A DNA stretch of 64,000 nucleotides. It comes from Phoronis australis (lineage: Eukaryota > Animalia > Phoronida). Both the position numbers and the translations under genes were made by a program. The stretch lies in the NCBI GenBank assembly GCA_002633005.1, contig NMRA01000780.1, positions 87,209-151,208 on the forward strand, written 5' to 3'. Of this stretch, positions 38,843 to 51,975 are shown piece by piece. Within the stretch, counting starts at the first letter, position 1. Each line of letters opens with the position of its first letter. The notes under the pieces were generated by a model. It did no database searches and was not told the DNA's origin. It saw nothing but the letters and a program-made list of their open reading frames with translations.

Positions 38843-40356
38843 CTGAAAGAAAGTATTTCACCATTATTAAAAAGCAAAACTCGTAATAAATTGTTGAATC
38901 GGAGTAAGCCCTACAATATTTCTCACAAAATTTAACCCAAAATGTTAGTTGCCAACTTTTTATCAAGTGATACAAACTGTACTAAAATGTAACTGTCTTG
39001 TACAGTTCATGTTTGTAAGATATTCAACAAGGAATCCTGCCCACTTCAAGGTGCTGTTGCCCATTAACAGGTGACCAGTTAACACAAACTTCTAGGACAA
39101 TGGGATACAAAGGAAGTCATTAAAGAAAGCCAGTTCACTGCAAAAAGCAAGAACAATTTCCGCTAAAATACTGATGACATGCCAAAATTCTTTGTCCACT
39201 TTTAGTACTTTTCAAACATAATGTGTATTCGAGTACACAAGTCAACATTTTGTAACGTATACATCAAGCTTACTTCTGGATATAGGTGTAGTTACACATA
39301 TTAGTGGTGCATGGACTTAAGCTGATCAAAATCATTCCAGGCTCANTGAGTCGAAACTATTTTTACTCAAGAATTCAAGTTGTCCTATCGATGATCGCGA
39401 AGCAGCGACGCATCAGTCGGCAAGTTTTCGCCCTGGGATTTCAGCAAATTTTTTTAAAAAGATCGTAATTTAACAAAAGAGTTTGATAGCAATGCACCAC
39501 AGTTTTGTAGCTAGTCTGTCATAGGTTACACATACGTCACAGCGCGTAAATTTGATGAATCCTAGCTTCCGATTTCACCCGTTTTGGAGACCAGGTTTTA
39601 ACTGCCGAAGGCTACAAAAAGAGTCCCCCTGGGCGCTTATTAGAGCGAATACGGTAGCCCTAATAGATGGTGACATCAGTGCACGAAACAATGATTTTTA
39701 TTTATAGCAGCAAGTTTGTGGTGACTGGCGCAAACGGCCGGGTGACCGAACTTCTGGCTTGGCGAGTAGATTTTCTGGCTCCGGCACTCGCCCAGCTGGC
39801 GAGCAGGGTTTTTCAAGACTAAAAGCCTGGGTATATCCCTGACTTCCACACTTTTTCAAAAGAGGGAAAACTACTAAGGAATGGCTGAGGAGGGTAAAAA
39901 TCTAGTTGCCGTAAGTATTTGTATGTTTTTTGGAGATCGATTCAACATCAGACAACTTGATTTTTGGTAACGTTAAAGTCTTTTGACCACAACACCTTGC
40001 AGGACGATGCCATGTTTGTCAAGGCGCCTCGTTTTCGATCAACACGACAGCAGCGCCCCGCGTTCGTGAAAGAGGTGAATATCCACAGAAATCAAGAAGT
40101 GTAACTTAACTTAAAGCGCAATGAAACTTGCCAATCCCTGAAACAAAATGACCCAAAGTAGTAGCCAAATTACCTAATCAGTACCCAGTACACCTTCAAA
40201 TACATGTAATATGCATTACATTTATTCCTTCCCACTATACCAGGCTTTGTATAATTTTTGCTGTTCCATTTGAATGACAATAAAGGCTGGCCCAATACAT
40301 AAACACATTATTGCCTGGCAGTAAAAAGACAGTCAGATCATATTCTTCATAGTTAC

Positions 40357-40474
40357 CCAGCTCCCATTAATGAGAAGTCCCGTTTGCTCTGAAGAGTGTA
40401 GACTGTGAGAGCCACTGCAACAGCACAGGTCAAGCAAAACGCTTCAAGGACAATCAGCTGATCATAAAATGTCA
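40357..40474 (-). CDS. TMBIM4: TMBIM4 coding exon 5 (copy 1)
   Basis: [40 protein letters not shown] (family motif 'YTLQSK.DFS'); canonical splice sites. Confidence 0.85.
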
Positions 40475-42843
40475 CTGAAAGAAAGTATGTCACCATTATT
40501 AAAAGGCAAAACTCGTAATAAATTGTCGAATCAGAGTAAGCCCTGCAATATTTCTCAAAAACTTAACCCATAATATGTTAGTTACCAACTTTTTATCAAG
40601 TGATACAAACTGTACTAAAATGTAACTGTCTTGTACAGTTCATGTTTGTAAGATATTCAACAAGGAATCCTGCCCACTTCAAGGTGCTGTTGCCCATTAA
40701 CAAGTGACCAGTTAACACAGACTTCTAGGACAATGGGATACAAAGGAAGTCATTAAAGAAAGCCAGTTCACTGCAAAAAGCAAGAACAATTTCCGCTAAA
40801 ATACTGATGACATGCCAAAATTCTTTGTCCACTTTTAGTACTTTTCAAACATAATGTGTATTCGAGTACACAAGTCAACATTTTGTAACGTATACATCAA
40901 GCTTACTTCTGGATATAGGTGTAGTTACACATATTAGTGGTGCATGGACTTAAGCTGATCAAAATCATTCCAGGCTCAGCTATTCAGAATCCAAAGGGGT
41001 AATAAAACAATTATCATCTCAGTCAGAACCCCAAACCCTTTGTTCAGGTGCGATTACATATACCAGGCCAATTGGAGCTGCTTTTCCATTGAGCCCTCAT
41101 CACCTCGGCCTAACAGTCTTGACTAACCACAAGCGGCGTAACTTATGTGGGAAAGGTCTCCTCTCAGTGTGGTACTAAAGTTATACCCCTTCAAAAGATG
41201 GGATTACTGACCGATATTAAATTTAGGCTAGCGGTCGCAGTCTTTGGATAACGTTAGAATGGTGTGTTTGTTCTTCTATTCAGTTAATTCTATGAGTTAA
41301 ATTTATTTAGAATATGTGAAAAGACATCAACATCAATGTTTTGGTTTACTGGAATTTTTTTCTGCATCGTTCCTCAGGAACGGCAAAATGTTTAAGCATT
41401 AAACACAGGCACTGATCCGAAGTCTAGTTGCCAACTCTTACATTAAATCAGCGCTCCTTAACTGACACGTGTACTAAATTCGCAATTTGAAATGGGAGAA
41501 AATACTCATTAAAAATTACCCGCTAAAGTTCTAGAGCTCACCTGCGATACAAACTTCATAAGTCAAATGAAGATTCAAACTAGCTAAATATTGAACGACA
41601 CAAAAACTTCCTGTCAAAAAACTGCCGCACGGCATGTATGCCCAGGCCAAATGACGTATTAGTGCACAAGAATGGTGCAGTGTAAATTCACAAGAAAAAA
41701 ATCTAATATTGAATATGTATTCAATAACTACGTCTTCATGAAAAAGCCTCGAAATGCTTCGACTTAATACGGAATTCAATTATTGGGTGAATCCACAGAG
41801 TTTACTCCTTTGGCACTGAATAGTACCTACATCCTCTAAAAAATAGCTCAACCAAAAATTGTCACGTGATTCTGACGTATGCTTACACAGCACTGAATGA
41901 CATGCCATCATTGGTCAGCTGCAAATTGTCCCACATAGAGCACCGGTTATTTCAGCTTGGGATGAGAACAAGGCATGGATTTGGCTCTTAAAACTGCGAG
42001 AAAAATATTTCAGTTTTGAAGAATAAAGTTGCCGCGTAGTATTGCAAGGTAATGGCAGATTTTATACATGGTAAGTGTAAATTTCAACAATGCGGTCGTT
42101 CTTAGGGCACTGCATAATACGGCAACAACACGACATCCCCGGCAACCACAACCACTCGTGACAACCTTTATTCCCATAAACTTGAATTTGCGAGTAAAAC
42201 GTATAAAAAATTAGAGTAGAAATGCACTTTAATTTGCACCATGCCACATAAGTCATACTTCGCTGGCTCAATTTTTATCCGAGAAAGTCAAGTTAGATTT
42301 AAATGATGCATGTTTTTCTTTGGGGACCATGTTTTAATAAATATGGACTAGCATTTCAAAAACACAGCAGAACCTCTGACTAAGGATAAAGCAAATTGAA
42401 CAAGCATCTTGTAGGCCCAGTTTGCATCCATTTTATTCGGGACTCATTCTGCAAGGTCTGATAAATATGCCATCTGTGGTATTAATCCATTCAACCTTAG
42501 ATTCTTACTGTGGTGGCTGTCAGACCAGTTTAGTGGGAACACGGGTAATTTACCGCGGTTGCTTCATAAGGTATTTTAGGCTGGTTCTTTATTCCGGTTT
42601 AAGCAATGGGAACCGGCTTGGGACAGTTGTACGACTAAGATCAGGGTTCACAAAGAACTACTTTCACTGACCTTGCAGGTCAATTTCAAAAAGCCTATTA
42701 TGTGGGAAGACACCCCTTATTTACAACTATTCGCAAAATTCTAAGTCGCCATGCGGACTAGTTATTTCCTCCCAGTCCAAAATGAATGTTTTTGAATACC
42801 AAATGCAAGGATGGGAGACATGAATAAGCTGATGACAACATAC

Positions 42844-42877
42844 CAATGACTCCAACTGTGTACGCTTCAGCAACAGT
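42844..42877 (-). CDS. TMBIM4: TMBIM4 coding exon 4 (34-nt short exon)
   Basis: TVAEAYTVGVI; acceptor TTATTACAG, donor GTATGT; phases 0/1 fit both neighbours. Confidence 0.88.
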
Positions 42878-43348
42878 CTGTAATAAAGCAAACATAATAC
42901 ATATAAGCACTAGTGACCAAAAGTAACCCATGGCTTTTATATGTATTTAATGCAAAAATTACAAGAAAATCAAATCAAGAATTAAAATGAGACAAAGATC
43001 AAAAACAGAAATTGAAAAAAAAAGCAAAAGGTGTTAAGTGAGAAAAAAGTATCATTCTCCATTAACCGAACAAAGCATCCAACACACAGAATTCTGACAA
43101 TTTACTGGAGAAACTGTTTTCAATTTAAAATGATGTACACGCAAATGCTTTCTTTGCAAGAGATCAGTCTAAGAATAAAAAAGCACAGAGATTACATCAC
43201 AACGACTCAAAAATATGCCAACATTTCCCAGGAAGAAACACAAAAAATGTTTGCCTGATGCTTTAAGAAAACGTTCAAGCTGACAAACGGAATCATTAAA
43301 TTTGCTGTAGAGCACGCCACGGTGGCCTATAGAACAAGAGATACTCAC

Positions 43349-43454
43349 GAAGGCGAGAAGTAGAATGTAGTTAGTAGGTGTTTCACTCCGCTTCACCATC
43401 AGGGCAAATATGAGAATGAACGTGCTGAGGGCGGCAACAATCAGCATCCATCGA
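43349..43454 (-). CDS. TMBIM4: TMBIM4 coding exon 3
   Basis: SRWMLIVAALSTFILIFALMVKRSETPTNYILLLAF; acceptor TTTCAG, donor GTGAGT. Confidence 0.92.
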
Positions 43455-44023
43455 CTGAAACGAATACCACGCTGCATGAAATCACATTCAGTGACACAAA
43501 CTTTGGCAAAACATACAGTACTGTAACTTGTCACAAATTGGGGAGACATAATGAAAGACACGTGAGGTCATTTTCAGTAAAGAAACAAAGAACAAATTGT
43601 ATCAAGACCCTGAAAAATGAAAATAGGCAATACTGTCAATTATCTATTTTCAATTGATGAAATTCATAAGATTTTATGCTGCATTCAAGTTCAGCAACAA
43701 AATTTGGTACAAAACTTCCTGATGGAATAGACTGTCGGCATTTCAACGGAAACACACCTTAACTATGCAACAAAATTCTGCACACTATGATAAATCTTTC
43801 TCCACACCCGCAATTTATGCAACTGATTCATAATCATGCCTTGTAAAATCCAAAAACTGAACTGCCATCCTGATAACTTGCTTGACCTTATGAGTATGCA
43901 AAAAAGGATCGTCTCTGCACAAAGACAACATGCACATATAGCTGCACACAACCTACCAAGCTTCAAGGTCTAATTTATGAAAAGTGACTAAAGAACTAAG
44001 TCAGATATTTGGTCTTACTCTAC

Positions 44024-44132
44024 CTGGATTGAACATATTCCTTTACTGTATCATTAAGCATGAAGAGAGCGCCGACAACAGTGGTAAGAAGCAGTTGTGC
44101 CGACAGGATGCCATAGACTTTGCGAAGGAAAC
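44024..44132 (-). CDS. TMBIM4: TMBIM4 coding exon 2
   Basis: GFLRKVYGILSAQLLLTTVV is the BI-1 family TM1; acceptor TTCTACAG, donor GTAGAG; phases 1/2 fit. Confidence 0.92.
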
Positions 44133-44218
44133 CTGTAGAAGAACAAAAGAACAGCAAGTTAGCAAGGACGAAACCAATGAGGGTTGAAGACACAAGAACT
44201 TACTACAGGACGATTAGA

Positions 44219-44420
44219 TATGTCCAACATGGTCCACATGTCCAACAAGGTCCACATGTCCAACAAGGTCCACATGTCCAACATGGTCCACATGTCCAAC
44301 ATGGTCCACATGTCCAACAAGGTCCACATGTCCAACATGGTCCACATGTCCAACATGGTCCACATGTCCAACATGGTCCACTCATGTCCAACATGGTCCA
44401 CATGTCCAACATGGTCCACA
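44219..44420. repeat. 18-bp minisatellite (CATGTCCAACA[T/A]GGTCCA, about 11 copies), TMBIM4 intron
   Basis: Direct inspection; it explains the repetitive spurious ORFs. Confidence 0.95.
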
Positions 44421-45218
44421 TTATAGTGTTTGATTTTACTTTATTTCTGTTTCTGTTGACAAAGGACATTATTACATCCGAAAATTTCAGTTGATCCATT
44501 CTTGTTGTTTTATTTAGTACCTATTTATAATTTTTCTTAACAAATGTGTTCAAACCGCAGAATAAAAGTTATTCAAATTCTGCTGTACTACCAGTTGACT
44601 TTACTACTAATCAGTGATTGTATCCAAGACTGAGCGTGTAACCTGTGTTAATGTTTCATGTTACAGGCTTACACAATCACGATAATCTAATCTCACTTAG
44701 TTGCGAGTGCTGAAGCAACAAACTCGTGCTCAGATTTAGACCACCTAACACCATAAAAGTGGTATCAAATTGTGCCTTACTTGGGCGAGAATGTGGTCTA
44801 CTGGTCTTGCAAAGAACTGGCTATTTTATTACTCGAGACCATTCTTGGTGATTCATTATGATTGTTGAAATGTTTGGAATTGAAACTATCTAGACAACAA
44901 AAATACAAGTTTTCTCAAAACTCGGAATTCTTCCAATAGCTCAGGTCATAGACATTTGAATAGTAATGTTTCGGAATATCAAGGGGGTGCATACTAATTT
45001 TCTTTTCTATTTATTTTAATTGTAAAAATGCAAGTGTATGTGGCTTTAGATGGTGACAACATATGTACCTGGATCAAAGACCATGATTCATTTCAAGTGT
45101 ACATATAACAAACAAAAAATTGGCTTGAATTTTGACCACTTTATTTGTCAAACTCGTATCCCGCAACTTTGATACATATTGAACTTTTGAACTCCTATCT
45201 CCTGTAGTAATAGCCGAG

Positions 45219-45292
45219 ATCACCCGACTCGGGGATCGAACTCGCGACCCCCATAAAACCGGCAAGCGTGCTAACCATTCAGCTAATAGGCA
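45219..45292 (-). mobile_element. tRNA-derived SINE head
   Basis: Pol III A box TAGCTGAATGG and B box GAGTTCGATCC at tRNA spacing; acceptor and anticodon stems imperfect. Confidence 0.6.
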
Positions 45293-45706
45293 ATTGCCCG
45301 TTAGCGAGTAGCTAACAGAGGCTCATATAATTCACCGGAAGCACATCTACAACACTCCCTTCTCACCAACTCAAAAAATGTTACATATACACATTTCCAA
45401 TAAGAAAATTTCTTTTGTAACCCATTGAAGACCAATCTACCAATTAGCCAAATAAAATAAGTAAACCTGGGCAATCAGTGTCCATGGTGAATATGTTGGA
45501 ATTAGAAAACAGGACTTACAAAGTATCTCGGGCTTAATCGACTGGCTTGATTTTGGAGTTGCATTGTAAACAATAACCTCATGTACACATACTTGAGAAA
45601 CATGATGAGAAGATGTAAACAATTCTAAACAAAGATGAAAGTGAAAACTGACAAAACCCACAGCATTTCAAACAAAACCAAAATACACTGAGAGTCCTTA
45701 GCATAC

Positions 45707-45824
45707 CCATTCGAATGTACACATGGCTTTGTGCGACATTCGATCCATACATGAAGTCGTCGACAATAGAATCTTTTCCATGCATGTCCTGCGCAGGCCC
45801 ACCACTTGTTGTAGTCGATGCCAT
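45707..45824 (-). CDS. TMBIM4: TMBIM4 / protein lifeguard 4 (GAAP), coding exon 1
   Basis: MASTT...SIVDDFMYGSNVAQSHVYIRM matches the TMBIM4 N-terminal 'DDF.YG..VA.....IRM'; donor G|GTATGC. Confidence 0.92.
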
Positions 45825-46852
45825 ATTGCAGCAACTGAACGCTTTGCCTATGCCTTGGTGTGATTTTCTAAAACAAGAAAAAGCCAAATTTGTATAAAAA
45901 CAGTAGTTGAGGAATATGTGCGATACCTGAGCGTAATACAAGGTTATCGAATAAGTTACGACGATGAGGTTACCTAAAACTCTCTTTTCCGTTTGGAACT
46001 GCGTTCACCTTTTCAATGCGTCCGGTTTTTTCCCAGGAGTGAATTAAAGTTGGCCTTTATGGTTATATTCAGTTTAGCATTTTAGTAAAGCATTTGATCA
46101 CGACATATGTTTCCTTAAATATTCAAAAAATGAGACTTTAAAATTTTAAAGACAGAAAAATTTATTATAAGGAAAACTAAATCTCTATGTGGAACTCAAA
46201 AGTCACTCTTCCGTAGTTTCGTATTCATGACATAGTCGATGTAAATAAATACTGATAAGTAGGTCAACAAATTTTACGTTGTCAAAGTTCATTGGCCAAC
46301 ATTGTGGGTGTTGTCGAAAATGCACCAATGGCGTCGTGTTTAGTTATCGGATGAGGACATGCAGAAAGTCACGCCATGACAGATTTCATAATTTAAAATG
46401 CCCAAATCAAAACATTCATTGCTTCCACGTAATACCTTCGTCGCCTACCAGTTAAGCTTATTTTAAGGTGAGTTGCTCTTAAGGTTTTGGAATGAAGATT
46501 TTTTCGCTTTCAGATCCTCCACATACAATTGGCATTCTTTGGTTTAGCGCAAAACATGATATCTGTGAAACCTTTCTACTACGTGAGTACGTCTGCCTGC
46601 CCTTACTAAAGGACCTTTAGCCAAGGCAACACGTCTGCGTCTACAACTACAACTTATTTTGTTGTAGTATTTTTGTGTTTTCTGTTAGAAGTGTTTAGTT
46701 ATGTATTACTACTTACCTGATGATGCCCTTAGTCTTAGAATGAAGGTGACACGTTGTAAAGTCCAGATGAATTATGTAACCACCGTGCTTCGAATTCGGT
46801 TTCTGAGTGATAATTTATACGGCCAAATAAAAACGTCATAAAGCGAACACGA

Positions 46853-47782
46853 GAACTAGGTTGCGCACGGCCTGTACACGGCTGAGGCTGCGTCATGCAC
46901 AGGTGATATTGCTGTGCTGCAGTCTGATTAACTATCGTCGGACAGCAATTTTTGCTGCTTCCTCTTAAATACCTACACCCATCCAATGGTTGGATGGTTC
47001 TTGCAATCATTCTGGGATTGCTTAAAAATTTTGATTGAGACAGTAAAAAGTAGTAAGGAATGACTTGCCTCTAACTTTCTATAGCATTGCTCCTGACATT
47101 GCAATTTTTGTGTTACAGTTCAAAGATCTTTCTTTTTTTGATNAAATCGGCAGCCATTTCAGGGAACTTACTGTATCTAGCGACATCTATCGGCGATTTG
47201 CTACAACATGCGCTATTCCGTTTTCATGAGTCAACGTCATTGGTCGATTTCGTCAATATTATTAACGTCAGTCATTATTAATCATCTGCTCTCGTCATCA
47301 CCTTCGTCGTCTCTCTCACGATCGTATCTGCCATCGTCATGTTATCGTCGTCCATGTTGACTGATGAAAAAGGAACAGCGCGTGTTGTAGCAAATCGCCG
47401 ATAGATGGCGCTAGATATAGTAAGTCCAATGAAATGGCTGCCGATTTCACAATGCGCGTGGCTGACGCTGGCACTAGTCGGATATAATGGACGAACTAGG
47501 TTGCGCACGGCCTGTACACGGCTGAGGCTGCGTCATGCACAGGTGATATTGCTGTGCTGCAGTCTGATTAACTATCGTCGGACAGCAATTTTTGCTGCTT
47601 CCTCTTAAATACCTACACCCATCCAATGGTTGGATGGTTCTTGCAATCATTCTGGGATTGCTTAAAAATTTTGATTGAGACAGTAAAAAGTAGTAAGGAA
47701 TGACTTGCCTCTAACTTTCTATAGCATTGCTCCTGACATTGCAATTTTTGTGTTACAGTTCAAAGATCTTTCTTTTTTTGAT
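46853..47782. repeat. Direct duplication of ~290 bp (46853-47142 and ~47493-47782)
   Basis: Identical by eye from GAACTAGGTTGCGCACGG to TCTTTTTTTGAT; the first copy ends at the N at 47143. Confidence 0.95.
47144..47447. mobile_element. Inverted-repeat (MITE-like) element with ~90-bp arms between TMBIM4 and PNPLA8
   Basis: AAATCGGCAGCCATTTC...TCTAGCGACATCTATCGGCGATTTGCTACAACA versus TGTTGTAGCAAATCGCCGATAGATGGCGCTAGA...GAAATGGCTGCCGATTT. Confidence 0.75.
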
Positions 47783-48663
47783 CATTAATTGCTAAAATAA
47801 TTAAATAATTTTCTTCTTGGTATTCAGTCGTATAAGAATGCCATTAGTGTATTTTGCAACTTATTAAAAAACTCTGCACAAAGACGCTTCAGGTTAATTT
47901 CATACATGCTTTTAAATGGTCACGTACCTTGAAAGTCTATAAACCATGAGCACTAATAATTGTTTGTGGCATTTCAATTAACCTTTTCGCTTAAAGTACT
48001 CTGCGTTGTCTATGATGTGCAGTGTGTCATTAGAGCCTTCTTGGTCAAGTTTAGAACATGCTTTCAAGTTAATCGCTCCATTTCCTTTAACTTTTGAGAA
48101 AAAAACCACTTCCCAGAGTTGCAGGTTTCATATGGTTTGGAGATCTCTAATATGTTAACTGGCCGCTGCACTCTTCATACCTGAATACAATCAATTGAAT
48201 TTTTTTGCAGGGAAACTTTAAGAAGGGTCCGTAGAAAAGTGCAAACAGAATTCATGAAGAGATTGCTAGCATACAGCAGGTCATGACTGCCTGGCTAACA
48301 GAGCAAATGAGTGTTCACGTACCACATACATTTATGTGAATGTAATTTTCAAAGCAGACCGTGAGTTAACGTTATGATGCCTTGGGTATGCTGCCAGCAA
48401 GGAGTGATCAAACACATTGACTGTTTTTTTGTTTCATTATTCTTATTCAAAACATTTCCCAGGGATTCGAGACACCCTGTATCAGCATTCAGTTAATATG
48501 TTATATTACATTCTCATTTACTCATGTTGAGAAGTATAACACAAAGGGAAATTATACTGAAAATGATTGTTTGAGAGCAAAGTGAAGTTCACGCATTTCA
48601 AATTAGATTTCAATGTTTTGATGTGTTCTGTTTCAGGGCACAACACGACACACATTTTACAAG

Positions 48664-49389
48664 ATGAGTCTTATGAGTGGGAGGTGTGTCTTCCCTTCAG
48701 CACTGTGGATTGACATCTGTATTCTGAAAAGATGTCTTTCGATCATGGATCATTCTAGAACATATAGTAACACTTCGAAATCGGAAGATTCGAAATCTGG
48801 TGAACCTGTCATAAATCCAATCAAAGACTGGAGAGGTTATCTCAACTCTGGTGTCCTTAGCAGTATTTCGGCACTTAATCTTGAATTGCCCAACTATGAA
48901 AAACTTGTCGCCATGATCTTGCCAAAGAAGTCTGACTCTAGTGCAAAAGTTGAAGACTCTTGTGTCAATGTTCAAGCTGTACCAAAGCGGAAGGAAATAC
49001 CACCTTCCCATTCTCAGGGATACTCTTTTCAAGAGGCAATGGAGGAGGAAATGAAGACAGTTTCTGGGTTTAATCTGGGGTCAAAACAGGCACCCGGAAT
49101 GCAGATCCACGCTGCTACTCACTCCGATGTTGCGACTACCACTTCTCAGGAACCGTCAGTATTTAAGAAACAGTTCCCTTTCCTGGATAAAACATCAGTT
49201 TCCGTGGAAACGGAAAAGAAAGTGAAGCAGCACAAAGCATGGGTATCAAAAACAGCCATTGATAACAGAACGCGTGCCCTGGTGCTCAACCTTCGCTCAG
49301 CTTCAACCAGCCCATCAAGACTGAAACGTGCCGAGGAGTTGGCGCAGCATTTAGTACTGTACCCTGAAGCCAGGAGTGCTGCAGTCAAG
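48664..49389 (+). CDS. PNPLA8: PNPLA8 / iPLA2-gamma, first large coding exon (start codon uncertain; frame open from the acceptor at 48637)
   Basis: 3' part VSKTAIDNRTRALV...EELAQHLVLYPEARSAAVK matches the PNPLA8 pre-patatin region; donor AAG|GTAACT. Confidence 0.85.
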
Positions 49390-50406
49390 GTAACTATAGC
49401 CTGGTCTACTGAATTTTGTTGGAAGTGTAACCACAGCCTTTGCAGGTTGTCAGAAAAATTGTAATAAGGCAGGTCAGTTGTAACATGTTACCCAGTGGGA
49501 GCAAATTTAAGGAGCAGCTGGTGACAGCTGCGATTTCGTGTTACTTTCTTTTTTCGAAAAAGGTAACCGCTGAAAATTTTATTCAATTAGAATTTTGAGA
49601 CTCAAGGATGCGCTGTGATAGGAATTGAATGTTCCATATGAGGCCTGTGATGAAGAGCCTGTACTCCTGCACTCGCCTGCTTTGGACTTGTTGCGAGTGA
49701 TTTGCCTGACAAAGAGCTCACTTTCATGTTTAAGAGTCCTAGATACAGATTCAACTGGATTTGTCCAAGGCCTTTGCATGAAAAGGTTTTTTTACTAAGT
49801 AAGAATTCAAAAACAGTATAAATCCCTCTAGGTTTGGATCAAGTGAAAGATAAAGTACTTAGCATTTTTGCACAGTCTACTAATTGACTGATTTAGGAAT
49901 CGTGGTTGAATCTCTAATGGGTTTGTTGGATTCGGTCACCAGCGCCCTCGGGGTACTTTTCAATGTTAGATTATTTAAGTCTATATCTTGTTTTCATTGA
50001 GTTCTCATCAGCTCTTGGCATTGATGTTTACTGCTTATCAATCTTGTTTGTAATCAGTCGGAGCTCATGATTTAGGTGATCGACAATGTCGTGCCATTAC
50101 CACTGAGTATGTGATTGTCGTAGTTGGACAACATACCGTTTCCTCACCACCTGTTAACAACAAAACCCATTGGTAATTTGACTATTATGACTGGAAAACT
50201 CTAATTACATGTAAGGTTAGCCACCTCACTACCACAAACTTTCCTCTTGTTTGCTTTCATTCTTGGTCATGACCAAATTTTAAGACTACCCTCATGAATT
50301 CGGTTTCCCCCAACCATCATGATATCTGGGAATTATAGACCATTCTGTTAAAAATCATTTGGCGTGCACTGGTTTATGGGTGAATTTCATCTGTCTTGTG
50401 TTGTAG

Positions 50407-50564
50407 GAGAAGGCAAGTACCTACCTGCTGAGACTGAGAGCTAGAGCAAAAGCTGACACAAAGCTTATGGAACAAATACGTGAGACATTGTCGCTGCTAG
50501 GTCACGTTGACCCTGTCAAGGGGCGGGGCATCAGAGTGTTGTCCATTGATGGGGGAGGAACTAG
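50407..50564 (+). CDS. PNPLA8: PNPLA8 exon with glycine-rich loop
   Basis: LGHVDPVKGRGIRVLSIDGGGTR (patatin DGGGxR); canonical splice sites. Confidence 0.95.
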
Positions 50565-51210
50565 GTAGGTAGTGGTGGTGGTGACTGATTGATGTAATTC
50601 ATGTTTTATACTAAACATAATTTTTAAGTTTTAAAATATCTATTTGACAGTACACACTGCACGTGCATGGTGTCCCAAAATTGTCCCTTCAAGTGGCAGC
50701 AACTGCTTTATTTTAGTGACTTAAGAACATGGTTACTGGTTTAACTGAATTCACAAGGAGATGGTCGAAATGGTCACAAATAACAGCTTCAAAGCAGCTC
50801 TTTGGTGACGTAGGAGTACAATCTGTAGATATCTCATCATTTTTATTTCAAGCAGCCAGAAGTTGAGTTTATCATAGATACGGGTGAACAGGTAGGGTCT
50901 ACCTTAACCAGGTAGCTAACTCGTTTTTTGATTTTCATCTATTTGACTAGTAACCAAATTTTTTGTTGTTTGCGCAAGAATACAAAACATGAGCCTCTGC
51001 ATGTTGTGATGATTTGCTACTTGTCTCGCATTTCAGACCCAACAAGTTATTTCTGAGCTAATAACTTCTGTAGACCAAGCCGTTGCTTGTCTGCTCGTAC
51101 TGAGTTAGGTGACTGGTTGATGGCTCATTATCAACCACTGGACAAATATTTCTAACCTCTGCTGCATTGTTTTGCATGTTGTGTTTGAATCATGTGAATT
51201 CCTATTGCAG

Positions 51211-51364
51211 AGGTATTGCTGCTTTGGAAACCTTGATTTCCCTGGAAAGAAGGTGTAACAAGGAAATTCATGAAATGTTTGACTATGTTTGCGGAGTGAG
51301 CACGGGAGCATTGATCGCAGCAATGATCTCAGTTTTCAAGCTGCCTCTGGACGAATGTGTAGAA
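51211..51364 (+). CDS. PNPLA8: PNPLA8 exon with catalytic Ser
   Basis: IHEMFDYVCGVSTGALIA (GxSxG nucleophile). Confidence 0.95.
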
Positions 51365-51975
51365 GTAAGGCCAATTTTTGAACTTGTCGCACCAATCAGG
51401 GGCCATCTATGGCTGAAAAAAAATTACCTTTGTTGACACTGTCCACAAAATTTGTGAATAGGTCATGTATGGAGATGACTCTTCTCCATAATATTATTAT
51501 AGTGTTAAGTAGTAGGAAAGTCTTTTGTCTTCTGCTAAATATAGATTTGATACAACACGAAGGATGTGAATTTTAACAAGCTTTTTCAGATATTTTGAAC
51601 CTTAAGCTTTATTTAATTGAGACAATAACTGTTTCTACATAGTTTAGTTCAACAACATGGCCTCTACGGCAAATGCCTCTTCAGGCAAGTTTTGTGACTT
51701 TTGTAGGTATTCAATGATAAGAAAAAAAATTTGTCACTTTTGATGACGTGACTTGTTGTGATTACTTTGCTAGACAATCTGCGTTCGCAAATTTAAAAGT
51801 TGTGTCCCACGTGAGTGGAGGACAGGGCTGGACAATTTATGCAGTTCTGTATTAAACCTGTAAATGTCAGTGCCTGCTTTATGCTTCCACATGTTGATGT
51901 GCAAACTTTGATAAAAACGAGATTTTATTCCACGAATGTGCTGGTCACTAACATATGTTCACATTCTCCATCCAG

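Larger units (their letters stand above)
38451..40978. repeat. Direct duplication of ~900 bp (38451-39345 and ~40079-40978)
   Basis: Near-identical blocks; the first ends at the N at 39346. Confidence 0.95.

Noticed and set aside
44120-44499. Repetitive ORFs (VQHGPH)n and (CWTCGP)n resembling His/Cys-rich metal-binding proteins
   Set aside because: They are translations of an intronic 18-bp minisatellite that is open in several frames.
45219-45292. Functional tRNA gene (also ~8030-8100 and 63820-63890)
   Set aside because: A and B boxes are present but the cloverleaf stems do not pair properly; treated as SINE heads.
46853-47782. Duplicated 290-bp promoter-region block as a real regulatory duplication
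   Set aside because: The copies look identical and the first stops exactly at an N, typical of a contig overlap or haplotype join.
51655-51690. Hammerhead-like CTGAAGA-GGCA-TT-TGCC on the minus strand
   Set aside because: The GAAA core is replaced by GTAG and stem I is not evident; too degenerate to support.
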